Assembly: GCA_951804945.1 (NCBI GenBank)
Contig: OX638153.1
Span: forward strand, 43,834,001-43,898,000
Source of the DNA: Podarcis cretensis
Lineage: Eukaryota
DNA: 64,000 nt
Direction: 5' to 3'
Position numbers and translations under genes: made by a program. Shown here piece after piece: positions 51,623 through 64,000 of the stretch (the stretch's first letter is position 1; every line of letters begins with the position of its first letter). The notes below the pieces were generated by a model. The model searched no databases, was not told where the DNA came from, and was given only the letters and a program-made list of their open reading frames with translations.

Positions 51623-52938
51623 AAGCAGCCTTATCATGGGGTTGGAATCTGAGTAACATGGGATAGAAACCATTGCAGGTTACTCTTCCAGAGTTTTAGG
51701 ATTCTTGCTGTGAACTAATTCACATTGAAACAAGAAAGACAAATCTGGAAAGTCTGTTTGTTAGAAGAATGAATTGCAACTCCAGCATCTTTGCTCAAGG
51801 ACCTTGTTGCAATCAGATTTTTATTCCACTCCTCCTTCCGAAAGAGCCCAGAAACATGTCATTGCCGACAATGTAATTATACTATGTGATGCTGTTATGT
51901 ATCTTGTTACTTAGTTGTTAATGCTGATAGTACCTTAGGATAGCTCACATCTATTTGCCAATTTCCATGACAAATTATTTGAAATTCACTTATCACCCGA
52001 GCAGCCTAGAAAACTTTTATCACTACCTAAGAAAGCCAAATTTATGTTGAACCTGGATCCGGTATTAATCCACTTAAAAATTATGAATTTGAGCCAAATG
52101 CAATCATTCATAGTGTGAGCAATTCTTTTCAAAGGTGACTTGAACAGCAATAGTGTGTGTGTGTGTGTGTGTGTGTCCCCATAGTGACATTGGGCCTAGT
52201 GAAAGCCATGGCTTATGTCAAGTCAGTCTAAAACTTACATTATCCACCAATTACATATGCTGCATGCTGTAAGACTTGTGTGTTAGGGGAGGAAAGTTTG
52301 AATTAATACAAAATATGATTCAGTTATTTCTCTTCTTCATGGGCAAACCTCATTAACCATAATTATTTGAGTCTATGTACTGAGATTTTCATTCCACCAA
52401 GCTTTTTTGAAAAACTGGGGAAAGTTAATACTTGCCATCAATGCTATCTCAAGTAGAATAGCTCCCCTATTATTGTAGCTACCATTTATGAAAAGGCTAT
52501 TTATCCCTAAAGCCTCACTCTCAGGTGTCACATGAGAAATGGCGATTGTAAGTCCAAAACTTAGTTTAAATCCATACACAAAATACAAAATTGGAAAGAA
52601 AGGAAATTGAAATGTCAGGGCGACTGGACCTTGCAGATAAAATGCAGCGTATTAGGACTGAAAGTTGAAGATTAGAGTGTGTGGGGGGGACACCTTTAGT
52701 ATTCTGTCTCCTTTTTATACTTCTGAGGCAAGTTCTCTTTTGTGTATGTGGCATAATTTATAGTGTGGCAGAATCCAGTTGGGAAGGGAAGAATGCTTTG
52801 CTTGTAAAATTCCATATCCATGGGGTTGGACTGAATGTCACTGCTGCCAGTGAAAAAAACAAAAGCAAAAGTGATCTAGTATTAATACCCCCCCAAGGAA
52901 TACTTGGGATCAGGAAAGAACTGTTGTTTTTGTTTTAG

Positions 52939-53299
52939 TAAAAAGGTAAAGGTACCCCTGCCCGTTTGGGCCAGTCTTGACAGACTCTGGGGTTGTGCGC
53001 CCATCTCACTTAAGAGGCCAGGGGCCAGCGCTGTCTGGAGACACTTCCGGGTCACGTGGCCAGCGTGACATCGCTGCTCTGGCGAGCCAGAGCCGCACAC
53101 GGAAACGCCGTTTACCTTCCCGCTGGTAAGCGGTCCCTATCTATCTACTTGCACCCGGAGGTGCTTTCGAACTGCTAGGTTGGCAGGCGCTGGGACCGAG
53201 CAGCGGGAGCGCACCCCGCCGCAGGGATTCGAACCGCCGACCTTTCGATCGGCAAGTCCTAGGCGCTGAGGCTTTAACCCACAGCGCCACCTGCGTCCC
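52939..53299 (-). mobile_element. Sauria SINE, full length, young
   Basis: CpG-rich, both ends intact; 15-bp TSD ttgtttttgttttag (52924-52938, 53302-53316). Confidence 0.95.
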
Positions 53300-54724
53300 A
53301 ATTGTTTTTGTTTTAGCCACAACAAAATAAGAACCACAAGGTTGCCTTGCTGGAGCAGATCAACTGCACAAGTACACTTAAAAATAATGTTGGAAAACAC
53401 TCAGAAAAAAATACCTCCTATCGAGGGTACTAACTTTGCTCGTGACTTTTCTGTCAGTGGTGGATATAGCAACAGGGAAGTAATACCTCCTCTTTCCCCT
53501 GATGCTTGGAACACTTCTGGAATTAAGAGATCAGGAGAACTATAGTTCTTGCCTCACACATCACATTGAGGCAAGTATTACAAGTTGCTGAGGTTGCACT
53601 TTGGAAAGTTTGCATTCTGTCTCCAGCAGGCACCTGTGCTGAAGTGGACAAATAGGACATAAAGATGACGCTCAACCTTTATTGTGTGCTCTAGCATTGA
53701 CTGCTCAGAAGTGTAGTCTCTTAACATAGTGGTTCTGTTTAGTTATCATGGCTAATAGCTAGGTACAGATAATTCTCTGTGACTTTGCCCAGTTCTTTTT
53801 GAAAAGAGAAGAAAACTCCCTGTTGATTCTATGCTGTCTCCTCTCATTGAACGAGAAAGAAAATGTGTCTTTTCAGTGATGCTGGTCCTGCTGTAAATTT
53901 AACAGCTAATCCTGTTTTGGGTTTTTTTTGTAGTTGTTTGGTTTTTGTAGTAATTGTCTTTTGTTGTTGTTTGTTTTGTGTTGTGATATACTGTTGTTTA
54001 GTTTTTAAGTTATGTAAGCAGCCCCTGGCTTGCGTGTATGTGAGATACAAATTTACAAAAAAACAACAACCCAAAACTTTAAACCTGCAACTTTTCTAAA
54101 AAAAAAGAAAGAATGTAAATATAGGGAAACTTGAATCACTTTCGAAAGTAGCTTGGGATATGGCATGGGACTCTGATGTTCAAAGGTTAGAAAAAAATTC
54201 AAAAACCCCTTTGGCCATGCAGAAGCGCTTAGGCACATCAGATCTTTGGATTCCAGTCTTAGCCTTTATGATAACAGGGATCTAACTGAAGAAAGCATTG
54301 TAACACATTAACTGACTTTTGTATGCTTCTTCCATTAGCTTGCTGTGAGTTTGGACACTTGCCTAGTTTCCCGCTATTTCCTTCATTTATACAGCCACCA
54401 CGTAACAAGAGTTCTCTCCCTCTGAAGCATCTGACACCCCTTCTGGGGGTGCTCAGGAATAGGGTGGGCTGTGGCATGGGGTTTTAGACAGAAGGGAGGA
54501 GTCACCCCCAAATCAGAAGGGGTCACCTTCTATGAGCAGAGCCAACTTCACAGCCAAGCCCCTTCTAGTGCTTTTAGGGATCCAAGCCATTACACTAGTG
54601 ATTTGACAATTACAAAATCAGTATTCTGTGGTTGATGAGAGCCGAAAATACTCTACAGCTGATTACCATAATGGATTAAATAACTGTTAATTCAAACTAA
54701 CAAGAAGACTTCTTATTTACTTAG

Positions 54725-55801
54725 AGAAAATATTTTAAAATAATTCTTTATTTCTGAAGAGAGTGAAATATTAAAACTATTGTTAAGGTTATAAAGGTTG
54801 TTGATGATAAAAAAGAAGTACATTGACAAGTTTTTAAAAGTTAGTTTTTTTCTGGTTTTCCTCATAATTGCCCAATATTTTCTGAGTTCAGTTACTGGGA
54901 ATAACACACATGTTAGCAACTTATACATTTTCAGTGGTTACCAACATTTAAAATGCTGTAACACATTTGAAAGTACATAATACCATCATTACTTTAAAAG
55001 CAGGCACAGTGAAATGAAACAATTTGCAAGTCCAATAATATATACAAAATGGCTGTACATAATGGCACAACTGTAAATCAAGTACAACTGTTAGGTTTGA
55101 ATTTTTGTTCCCAAAAGCTCTCCCCTTTCCTATTTTTTTTTTAAAGGAAGCTCAAGATTTCTTCATTTGCATACATGATATTTTCCATAAATTAACAACT
55201 TTCCAGGAGCTTAAAACACATTCTACACTAAAATCCACACAAAATCAGGCTCAGCCAATGGTTGGTCCTTATTCTGTTACAGTGGAACTTCAAAAAGCTA
55301 TCAGCCTATGAGAGACCAACATTAATGGTAGCCCAGAGCAATTATAAATACTCTTCACAAATACTTCTGTTTTCCTATTTCCTTGACAAAGAGTACAAAC
55401 CTATGATACTAAGGTACACTGCTTACATTTAGGCCAGTATTTTAAAAAGGCTTGTGAATGCCAGTGCAATGACAGAGTGGACTGTTCCTCTTATTAGTCC
55501 CAATGCAACTTCTTAACTATAGTTTTAAGATTAAAATTTCAGAAGCCAGCAGGAATGATTTTTTACATTTTTTAAAAATGGCTGCAATAATATGCTGTCA
55601 CTTAACAACACACCTGTGCTTTGGAATACAGTTTGGGTTCATAATCTGTGACCTTACGTAGAGCTATCAATCTTGCTCTGAAAATGAGAACTATTGCACT
55701 ATGTTAGATGCTCTGATGCTGAGTGGTGTTAAAACACTGTGTACATCTTTAGGGAAAATAAATTTTACAAGCTCAGTCTTTGGAGGTATCCGCTCTCTTG
55801 T
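54725..55801 (-). other. DOCK1: DOCK1 3'UTR (inferred extent)
   Basis: Repeat-free AU-rich sequence between the stop codon and the AATAAA. Confidence 0.65.
54747..54752 (-). terminator. Likely DOCK1 polyadenylation signal (AATAAA)
   Basis: tttatt on + is AATAAA on -, ~1.05 kb after the stop codon, with a U/GU-rich stretch downstream (reverse complement of ~54690-54715). Confidence 0.6.
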
Positions 55802-55897
55802 TCACTGGACAATTCCAGAATCCACAGAGGTTTGCTTCCGAGTAGTCTTTGGAGGAGGTGGAGGAGGAGTTTTGCTTGGTAATGGAGGTGGCAATTG
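55802..55897 (-). CDS. DOCK1: Dedicator of cytokinesis 1 (DOCK180), last coding exon
   Basis: Acceptor tttgtcttccag, then QLPPPLPSKTPPPPPPKTTRKQTSVDSGIVQ-TGA, which matches the recalled vertebrate DOCK1 C-terminus (PxxPxK Crk-SH3 sites). Upstream constitutive exons were not found in the window. Confidence 0.93.
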   Translation of the reverse strand, partial: QLPPPLPSKTPPPPPPKTTRKQTSVDSGIVQ

Positions 55898-58281
55898 CTG
55901 GAAGACAAATTTGGAACAAAATAGCTTATTGAGGAACCAATTCTATAGCAACTGGTCAATTCAGATGTAATTTCTTACAGACTGCTGTGATGTGCAAGAT
56001 AAAGAGGTGTACTCATTTAATTCCGTTCCAACTTTGGTCCTATGAACAGTGTTTTGCTGCTTGATGTTAAGTCTAGTGTTTAATACTGACACTAACTGGC
56101 TTCACAGGATTTATTAACTAACTTTGTTTCAGAAAGGTCTGCTATATAAGCGGCTAACTTCTGACTTTATTGGTCTTTATTAACCATCTTAGCCCTAAGC
56201 ATTATCGAGTTGAGAGACCGATGCTGGAATACTTTTTCTTCCCTTCTTTTATGACCAGTTTCAGGTCTGCTCTTTGAGAAATGTCTTTTTTTTCTGTATG
56301 AAAATGGTGGACTAGCCATGTACTTGCCACCATATAGTAATTAAAGCTTACTAAATGTTAAAATATTAGCTGCTGTGAATGGCATTATGCTTTGAGCTCT
56401 AGGAAATGACAGGAGCCACCAGTTGGCTTGATCAAATTAAAGACAGGAGCATAGATTAGACCTGTGATAAATTACTTACTCTCACAAGGATCAAGCTATG
56501 TGGCCGATGACAAAAATCTATACTGTCAGGATAATGTCAAGCTATTGCAGAATTGCGCACATGCTGCTTTCAGGATGATTTTTCAACAGCTTCATTAAGA
56601 ATGCAGCCAATGTTGCTTCTTTGCTGGAAGGCTGTAGTGATACTGCAGCATCCTATCTAGCAGTTATCTTTCATGCAATCTTAGCCCATCAATTGAACAT
56701 AAACTCTCCCTTTACATTTTACTGTCTGACATCTTAATACCACTTTTACTACTTCACCCCCCTCCATTTTTTATGTTTTCTCCCCCTCTTTTGCATTTCA
56801 CTTTTCATATGGTAAATCCATTCAACACTTTTCTCATATTGCTAGCAGGCCTGCTTCTAAACAGAAAGTTATAAAAAATGTTATCCATGCTACACAATCT
56901 CAGTGACTATCTCGGGGATGAATCCAGACACGTAGAGTAGACCCACTGAAGTCTACTCTTCAATCTCACTGATTTCAGTGTGTCTGCTCTAAGCATGACT
57001 TAATTCTGCATTCAACCCACAATGTTTGCAAAGTTTCTTCATAGACTTGGTACAAAATGTTTGCAGTAGCTGGAAAAATCTTACTGTACCTACTTTTGTC
57101 TTGATCTTGTCTTTTTAATTCTGAATTCAATATACAAACATTTATAGATCTTTTAATAACAATTCACTAATTATCAGTGCCTTCACTCCCATTTAGTGGA
57201 TGAAAAGAGTACCCGGAAAGGGAAAATATTAGAGGAGGGGATGTCTTCAGTACTGGGGAATGTTCTTTATATACAATGTATTTCAGACCACTTCCTAGGA
57301 CTGAGGAGGGTCTGGCAGACCACTGTGTACGTATTGGAGCCCTGCTGAACCGCAAACCATGAACTTATTAATGCTTCAGTAAAACCTTTGTGAAATGTAT
57401 CCTGGTTATAGGAACCCAATCATTCTGATAAAGAAATTCTATTTATCAAAAGTGTGATTTTGTAAAAAATAATAATCTGTTTTTAATGAAAGTATCACTG
57501 TGATACTATCATAGCAAACCAGGTCCCTTGTGGACCCCATCATGTCATCACACAATTCTATCTACTTATCTCGGTCAGAGAAACCTTAGATTATATGTTC
57601 AGTAAATGTACTCACAAATGAAGTTGATCAGTTTATTAAATAAAGTACCGGGGGGGGGGGACGGACAAGGCACAAAATGGCTATTACCTTTCAGGCCAAT
57701 AGCAAATTGTTTTAGTATAGGATTAATTTCATGCAGAGCCTAGAGAATAGCTACATCTGCTAGAGGAGGGCCAGGATTAAAAAACAAAGCAAAACAAAAC
57801 ATATCTTCCTAGATGCATCTGATTCTTTACTAGTATTTACCTGCATTCTCTGCAAGTCCAGTTTTATTTTCTGTGCTCTAAGTCTAAATCTGAACTGGGT
57901 CTGGTTATTGCTCATGGTATTTTATCGGCGTGATAAAAGACCGCATCAAAAAAGCATTATGTACACCTCAAGCATTCGTTCAAATGGTCACACCGTTGTT
58001 GTACCATGAAATTCTAGTGCGTAGTGCAATACAGAAACCCAGAGGTGAAGGTCTTCTTCAGTCTAATAGTTTCCTGGGACAAGGTATGTGTGGGGTGTGG
58101 AATAGACAGTACAAGGGTTCAGGACACGAAGGGATCCCAGAGACAATTTTGACAGAAAGCTACATGTGCTTCATTCCGTGCTAACCAGTGGGTACAAATG
58201 TAGTAAGCTTGTTGTTTTAAGCCAGAAAGGGTCAAAAACACACCGTTAAAAAGAGGCCCTAATAAGTAGCTCCACACTTAC

Positions 58282-58308
58282 TGCCTTTGTTTGTTGACAT
58301 CCCTGAAT
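58282..58308 (-). CDS. Candidate 27-nt alternative microexon of DOCK1 (IQGCQQTKA)
   Basis: Reverse complement reads gttgttttttactctcag|ATTCAGGGATGTCAACAAACAAAGGCA|gtaagt; frame-preserving and stop-free in phase 0, the phase of the last exon. Confidence 0.45.
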
Positions 58309-59176
58309 CTGAGAGTAAAAAACAACATACATTTGAAGTCTAAAGTAATGGATGGTAGGCTATTTGCTATATATTTGTTTTCATTTCTAAAAGCCTATTG
58401 TATGCTATGAATGATACTCTGGTTTTGTTCAGTTCATTTAAAATTTAAATTGACAAAAGGGCTATTTAGAATCTCAAGAATAATATCACAGGTGCCTGAA
58501 TCATTTCCGCTCAACAATGTGGCTGAAATGCAAAACCAAATTTCGCTTAACTTTACATTAATTAAATGTCTGTGTTTATGTTTCAGTAGTTTCTAGGGTG
58601 CTTTTCAGGTTTTAAGAGATTGCTTTCTTTCTAAAATAATGATAAGAGCCTGCCAGTTCAAATTAAACCCTATTCTAGGCAGACTTCCCTCAGTCACGTG
58701 TACCTCAGGGGAAATGGGAACCTCATGTAAAACGCACATCTGCAACATATAAGCAATCTGTCCTTTCCATTTCAAGTACCAAATTGTTCTCATTTGTTTG
58801 GTTTCCTTCTGTATTAAAAGAAAGCAATTGTGCTTTAAAATGTCTTGTTTCTCTTCATAGTCTTGGCGGAACACAGCACAATAGTTAAGGGGGAAATGTA
58901 AAATATAAAAGCAATAATGATTTCTCTCCTTCAGAATAACCCATGGATTAAAATAAAATTTGAGTTGTGCATTGAAACACTGTGGATGTTTCCTTCCATG
59001 CTATTAGCCGGCCAAAATTCTCTCTAATATTTATTAGGTCCTCAAAGACACACACGGATATGCAACTCTTTATCCTTACCATCTAAATAATTTCCTTTTC
59101 AGTTTTAATGTAGCACAGGGTTTCCACATCACAGAATATATTGAATGCCTTTTGCTTACCCTGAATAATAGTGTAA

Positions 59177-59315
59177 CAGGGGTAGCCAATATCACACCCT
59201 CCAGATGTTGCTGGTCAACAAGTCCCACCGTTTCTGATCATTGGCCATGCTGGCTGAGGCTGATGGGAGCTGGAGTCGTTCAGCACCTGGAGGGGGAGCA
59301 CACTGGCTACCACAT
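59177..59315. mobile_element. Old palindromic hAT MITE
   Basis: caggggtagccaa..ccctccagatgttgctgg / cagcacctggaggg..ctggctacc. Confidence 0.6.
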
Positions 59316-59476
59316 AGCGGGTGTGATAGTATTATGTAACAATGCTACCAGTAGTTTTCAAGGCAATATAGATCCTGTAAGCACTTGAACTATATAATAT
59401 ATATGTGTGCAACAGCTGGGTGCAAAGAAACAGTGATAGCCTTTATTTGAATTCTATATTTCATAATTAATACAGG

Positions 59477-59682
59477 TCGTAGAATTGTAGAGTTGGAAGG
59501 GACTCTGGAGGTTGGTAGTGGCGCCCGCCCCGTGGAACGCCCTCCCATCAGATGTCAAAGATATAAACAACTATCTGACGTTCAGAAGACATCTGAAGGC
59601 AGCCCTGTTTAGGGAAGTTTTTAATGTCTGATGTTTTAATGTGTTTTTAATCTTTTGTTGGAAGCTGCCCAGAGTGGGGAAA
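59477..59682. mobile_element. CR1 tail (-, 59477-59510) abutting an L2 3' fragment (+, 59511-59682)
   Basis: tcgtagaattgtagagttggaagggac (CR1 tail, reverse complement), then ggtagtggcgcccgccccgtggaacgccctcccatcagatgtc... (L2). Confidence 0.75.
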
Positions 59683-62600
59683 CAATATCATCCTCATCTT
59701 CTAGTGCAGCCTCTGCATTCGCCAGGGAACCAAGAGACTGTCCTCCCTGTCCCCCAGGACTTCTACATAGGAAGGGGAAGACCAACCTGGTTTCATACAT
59801 CTGCCAAAACGGCAGCAGCGGCAGAGAGCTTGCATCCTTCCCCCCGCTGTGAGAAAGAACTCAAAATAAGAACTAATGTCTTTTCCCTTTTCTCCTTTCA
59901 AGTACTTTTTCGTTTTGTGCCATGTCTTTTAGATTATAAGATGGAGGGCAGGGATCGACTTAGTACTGATTGTTGCAAGCCTCTCTTGGGTCCTTTTTCG
60001 GCTGATCAGCAGGGTATAAATACTTAAAAATATTTAAAATGAAACTGCAAGCAGGCAAATCTGTCCAATGTAATTTCTTCACAATAGTAACACCGTATCT
60101 GCAAATAATGGAAAAGCAATAGCAGGCACGTTTTCATGATCTAGATCATAAAAATCTTTGAATTATATATTTGAATTAAAGGAAGAGCTTCCAAAGCTTT
60201 GTTATATGAAATCTGCCTGTTAGAAAGTCTCATAAAAGTAACACTGCTGCTTCAATGAAATAATTATGCCACAGTGTTCATTAACCTGCTTTTAAAGAGA
60301 GCTGTTCCAGGAAAGTTCATTATTCTCACCCTTCTGTGGACATCAGGTTTGCTCCCTGAACATTATCCCCATCTCCTTACCTAGAGACTTAGCAGTTGGG
60401 GATCATTGCCTAAAGTCTAGAAATTTGCAAAGCTTTTAATGTGGTAGTGTTTTTTTGTTTGGTAAAAGAAGGAATGGCATCTCTGTGCAGAATCAAAATC
60501 ATAATGTGCAGACGGCTCAGAATCAACAGGCAGGCCCTATTCATACAGCTCTAGAATATAATTATTTAATGACCTTACCCTCCAATTGATCAATTGGCGT
60601 GAAAAAGGTTAAATCCAGACCTGAACTCAGGGGATTTTCACTTGTGTTGGAGGAATGAACCAAGGAGTTTATTTTTCCCAGTTCCTCCTCCCCCCCCCCC
60701 TTTTAACCCTCTTTGTGTCCTCTGAAAAACTGCTCTGTAGGGTTTGGAGTGGCATGAGAGGCTGCATGGGAGTCAGCAGAGAGAGAAAGAAACCCACCTT
60801 GTCCCACCATTTCTTCTAGCAGGAAGTCTCTACTGCCAAACAGTTGGAGCCCTTCCATTCATGAATAGAACACATCGGGTTAAAGACCATGGTTGCTGTG
60901 CCCATCAGAGTTGTGATGCAATATTGGAAAGTAGTAAGGCTATTTTTCCTCAGTTCCTTATTCCCCCTGCAGCTCCCCATGCCACCTGAAAAGTATCTCT
61001 GTGGGGTTGGGAAACTTTCTGGAGCACCATGAAAGAAAGTGTGGAGACTTCAGGGGGAAATGGATTCAACAATGATAGCTTCCTTCAGTGAGGAGTCTTC
61101 ACCGGATCTTAGTACCTTCCATGGATGGAAGGAGTCTTTTCATTTGCAGACAAGTAGCACTGTGATGAAATTGAATACTTTGTATTCTGGGTAATGTACT
61201 GGATAGTTGTTAAGATTTGCCTTGAATCTGGAGAAGTAACAGTATTCACAGAATACCAAAAGGATGGGTACACGTGACTATAACTTTTCCAACTTGCAGA
61301 ACACAGATGCATATATTTGTTCTCCCATAATGTTTGCTATGAGCAGATTTCTCTGATACGGCATAAAGCATTAGAATTGGAGGAAAACTATTTTTCTTGC
61401 CTGTATTAGTTCTCTTATTATGCATTGGGCATTGCTTCCGCTCTATGGCACATTCATCATCAAGCTTTGTATCTACTTTTGGATTGATGGGAATCAAGCC
61501 ATTATTTGTGTGCTTAGTAAGCGTTAGAGCCAATGTTACAAATTTAAGTGCTCCATTGTCTATTTTCTTTCTCTTCTTGATTTTGAATGCTAACTATGCA
61601 GCTGATTTTATATGCAACAATGTGTGTGAGGCTATGAAAGAACAGGGGGGAAAGCCTTTATGTAACAGATCTTCACCAGAAACAAAAGGTCCTATTTTAT
61701 GCTCGGATATATTTATTAGGAAAACCTTTCAAAAAAGAGATTTTATAATACTATGTTAGATAAGATTGTGTGTGTGCATATATACCAGTAAATGTTTTGA
61801 AATGAGAATGGGTAGAGCAATAATAATATTGTGTGAATAAATCATCTAATAAAATGATTTTTCCTCAATGCATTCAAAATTGGCTAAAATGGAATTCTCA
61901 TATAATGGCCTGCAATTGCAATTCAAGTATTTTGTGATATAGGCCCATTTTTTTGCCTATTTTTTGCGCCATTTTAACATTTCCTACTTCATTCTAATAC
62001 AGAGCACTCTCTACTTTTGTGTTCCATATCCTTGTTTAATGTGAATAAAATGAGGTTAGCTAATAATTTCAGTGGGTTATCCCCACAGATACTCAGGGTG
62101 GGTAATTCAAAGGCAGCCAAGTCTTCATTTGCCAAATCTAACACTGATAATTATGTGAGATGCGTCTATATGTATGTATTTGGGGGAAGCTCAGCCCTAA
62201 ACTCATTGGGCTGACGATGAGCAAGTTACTGCCTCATAGCTTCTTCTATTAATATGTAAAGTAGGATTAACAATGAGTCCCACCCTCCTATAGGAGAACA
62301 TTGCATGGGGGTGGGCGGGTGAAGGAGTACTGAAAGCAAAGAAAAATGGCTAAACATTGTCAAGCCACATGATTCCATTAGCATGCTGGTCTAATGCAAG
62401 GTGATCAATGCATGAATAAAGTTCCTCACTTGTAACTGGGGTTCTGAAGATGTCAGAGGAATATAGTTGTATGCGATATTTGACACACTTATAGATAATT
62501 GCAGCCTCCTTGTACAATTGGCTGACTAACTAGAATTGTATACTATGATATGCTAGAAGATGAATAGAGGAAACACTGTTGAGAGTCAATTTAATTACAT

Positions 62601-63429
62601 TAGGGACTCCAGTCAGCTTCCTATGCAGAAAGCAAAATAGCTCCTGCATACTAAAGCATAAGCTGGATAAAATGAAGGGGACAAATCCACAGCTAAAGGA
62701 AGTGGGAAAGCTCAGAGCTTGGAAACAGAGTTTCTCCTCAAGAGCTGTGCTATCGCAATCTTTCCTAATACCACTTTTGGCTCTCAAGAACATTAGTGTA
62801 TCAATATTTTAAATATCTGACATGGGTTAAAAGTAAGATTTAAACAGAAACCTACCAATTTTATTATATATATATATATATATTCAGACTTACTATTTTG
62901 ATTGTGTTACAACTTGTTTGCTTAGGTCAAAGGTTGAAGAAATTTTGACAAATGTTTGCGAATGACTTTGATAGGATGTTAGAAACAGAAATCTAAGATT
63001 GTTAAACAATAGTTTCTTTTCACCAGCAGCAACAATTTTTGCTCAAATGTTTCAGCAATCCATTACATAGAGTGGCAAAATTGCTTGCCTTTAGGAAACT
63101 GGTGAGTGAATGCCTGCAAAACAAACCTCATATATTAAACTTGTCTGAAATATACTTTATATTCTCTCTTGAAATGAGATAGGGAAAACATAAAATCTAA
63201 GTTTCTGCTGGGACTCTCCTCTGTCTTTTTAACAGCCTCTATCAGGCTGTTTTACAATACTTTGTTTTTATGTATAGGTTTCACTAACCGATTAATCTGC
63301 GTTCACATACAAGTCACCTAGCATTCTCTTCTGCCAATGAAAACATTTTCTGTGGCAGTTCACCAGGGATCAGAGAAAGGAAAGCCATGGTCCTGAAAAC
63401 ACCAGTTGCTTTCCTAATCTACAACCCAG

Positions 63430-64000
63430 AAGCAGATGAAGGGACAAGTGGGTGCGGACTTTGGAGAGTGCAGATTAGCTGCTGTTCTGACTCCATCCAC
63501 CAGCTATGGCCACTCTTGGTCAGGGATAGCCTGGCCCCAATGATTCATGCATTGTTAACCTCACATCTTGATTACTGCAATACAATACACCCTGTGTGGG
63601 ATTGCTATTGGGTCTGGCCAAGAAGCTCCAGTTAGTGCCAAATACTCTGGGTGAGGACAGCATGCAACCAGCACGTAGCTCTAGCACTTGAAAGCTTGCA
63701 CTGGCTGCCTATATGCTAGCATATAGTCCTTCACAACTTGGGGGCAGGACACCTTAAAGACCACCTGGTTCCTTATATCCTGGCCCATTCACTAAAGTCT
63801 TCTGGGGAGTCACAGCTTATGTCTCAGACAATGTATCTCGTGCACCAGGAGACATGTGTTTAGTCTTGTGAACTAAACTCCTCCCAGCTGAAATTAGACA
63901 GATGCCTTCCCTGTTGAACTTAAGACACCCTATAAAAGACCTTATTTTATTTCAGCAGGCATTTTAAATATGTTTTATGGTTAATTTTAACTGATTTTTT
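63430..64000 (+). mobile_element. Old L2 ORF2 C-terminal fragment
   Basis: ORF 63387..63635 includes IHQLWPLL..IHALLTSHLDYCN; downstream are LQLV, LHWLPI, HLVPY and a T-rich 3'UTR. Confidence 0.75.

Noticed and set aside
1-54700. NPS (neuropeptide S), expected downstream of DOCK1 by synteny
   Set aside because: No sequence encoding KRSFRNGVG was found by eye; the gene probably lies outside the window.
56185-56293. Possible alternative DOCK1 exon after ttttcatacag
   Set aside because: Stops after 10 codons in phase 0, has a weak donor and no other support.
57094-57120. Second 27-nt segment with ag/gt flanks on the minus strand
   Set aside because: Weak polypyrimidine tract, and it reads AAT TAA (stop) in the required phase.
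60660-61065. Degenerate inverted-repeat (ancient MITE-like) sequence
   Set aside because: Too diverged to define termini or family.
56000-64000. Penultimate DOCK1 exon (PPPLPLKG..YGNLMENQD)
   Set aside because: Not found by eye; presumably beyond position 64000.
1-64000. CRISPR arrays, operons, rRNA
   Set aside because: Vertebrate DNA; no repeat-spacer arrays or rRNA-like sequence seen.

Overview
Eukaryotic (vertebrate) DNA, inferred to be squamate and probably a lacertid lizard, because it carries several Sauria SINEs, a Squam3-like SINE, BovB, CR1, L2 and L1 fragments. The only host coding sequence I can support is the last exon of DOCK1 on the minus strand (55802-55897, QLPPPLPSKTPPPPPPKTTRKQTSVDSGIVQ*). 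Its ~1.1 kb 3'UTR has an AATAAA at 54747-54752, and a candidate in-frame 27-nt microexon lies at 58282-58308 in the last intron. The ~54 kb downstream of DOCK1 is intergenic and rich in transposable elements. Notable elements: (1) a Chapaev3-type DNA transposon with both ends intact (6055-8521), CACTGG TIRs, TTA TSD and a barely decayed transposase, sitting in a CR1 tail and carrying two SINEs; (2) a fossil Academ-like transposase (~45050-47550); (3) an internally deleted DIRS retrotransposon bounded by ~100 bp inverted terminal repeats (~47654-51058); (4) a young 5'-truncated L1 with an open ORF2 tail and a 17-bp TSD; (5) two tRNA/CR1 chimeric SINEs with different tRNA heads; (6) a very old CR1 RT fossil. 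Family names come from recalled motifs, not database searches. Most entries in the ORF track are spurious.
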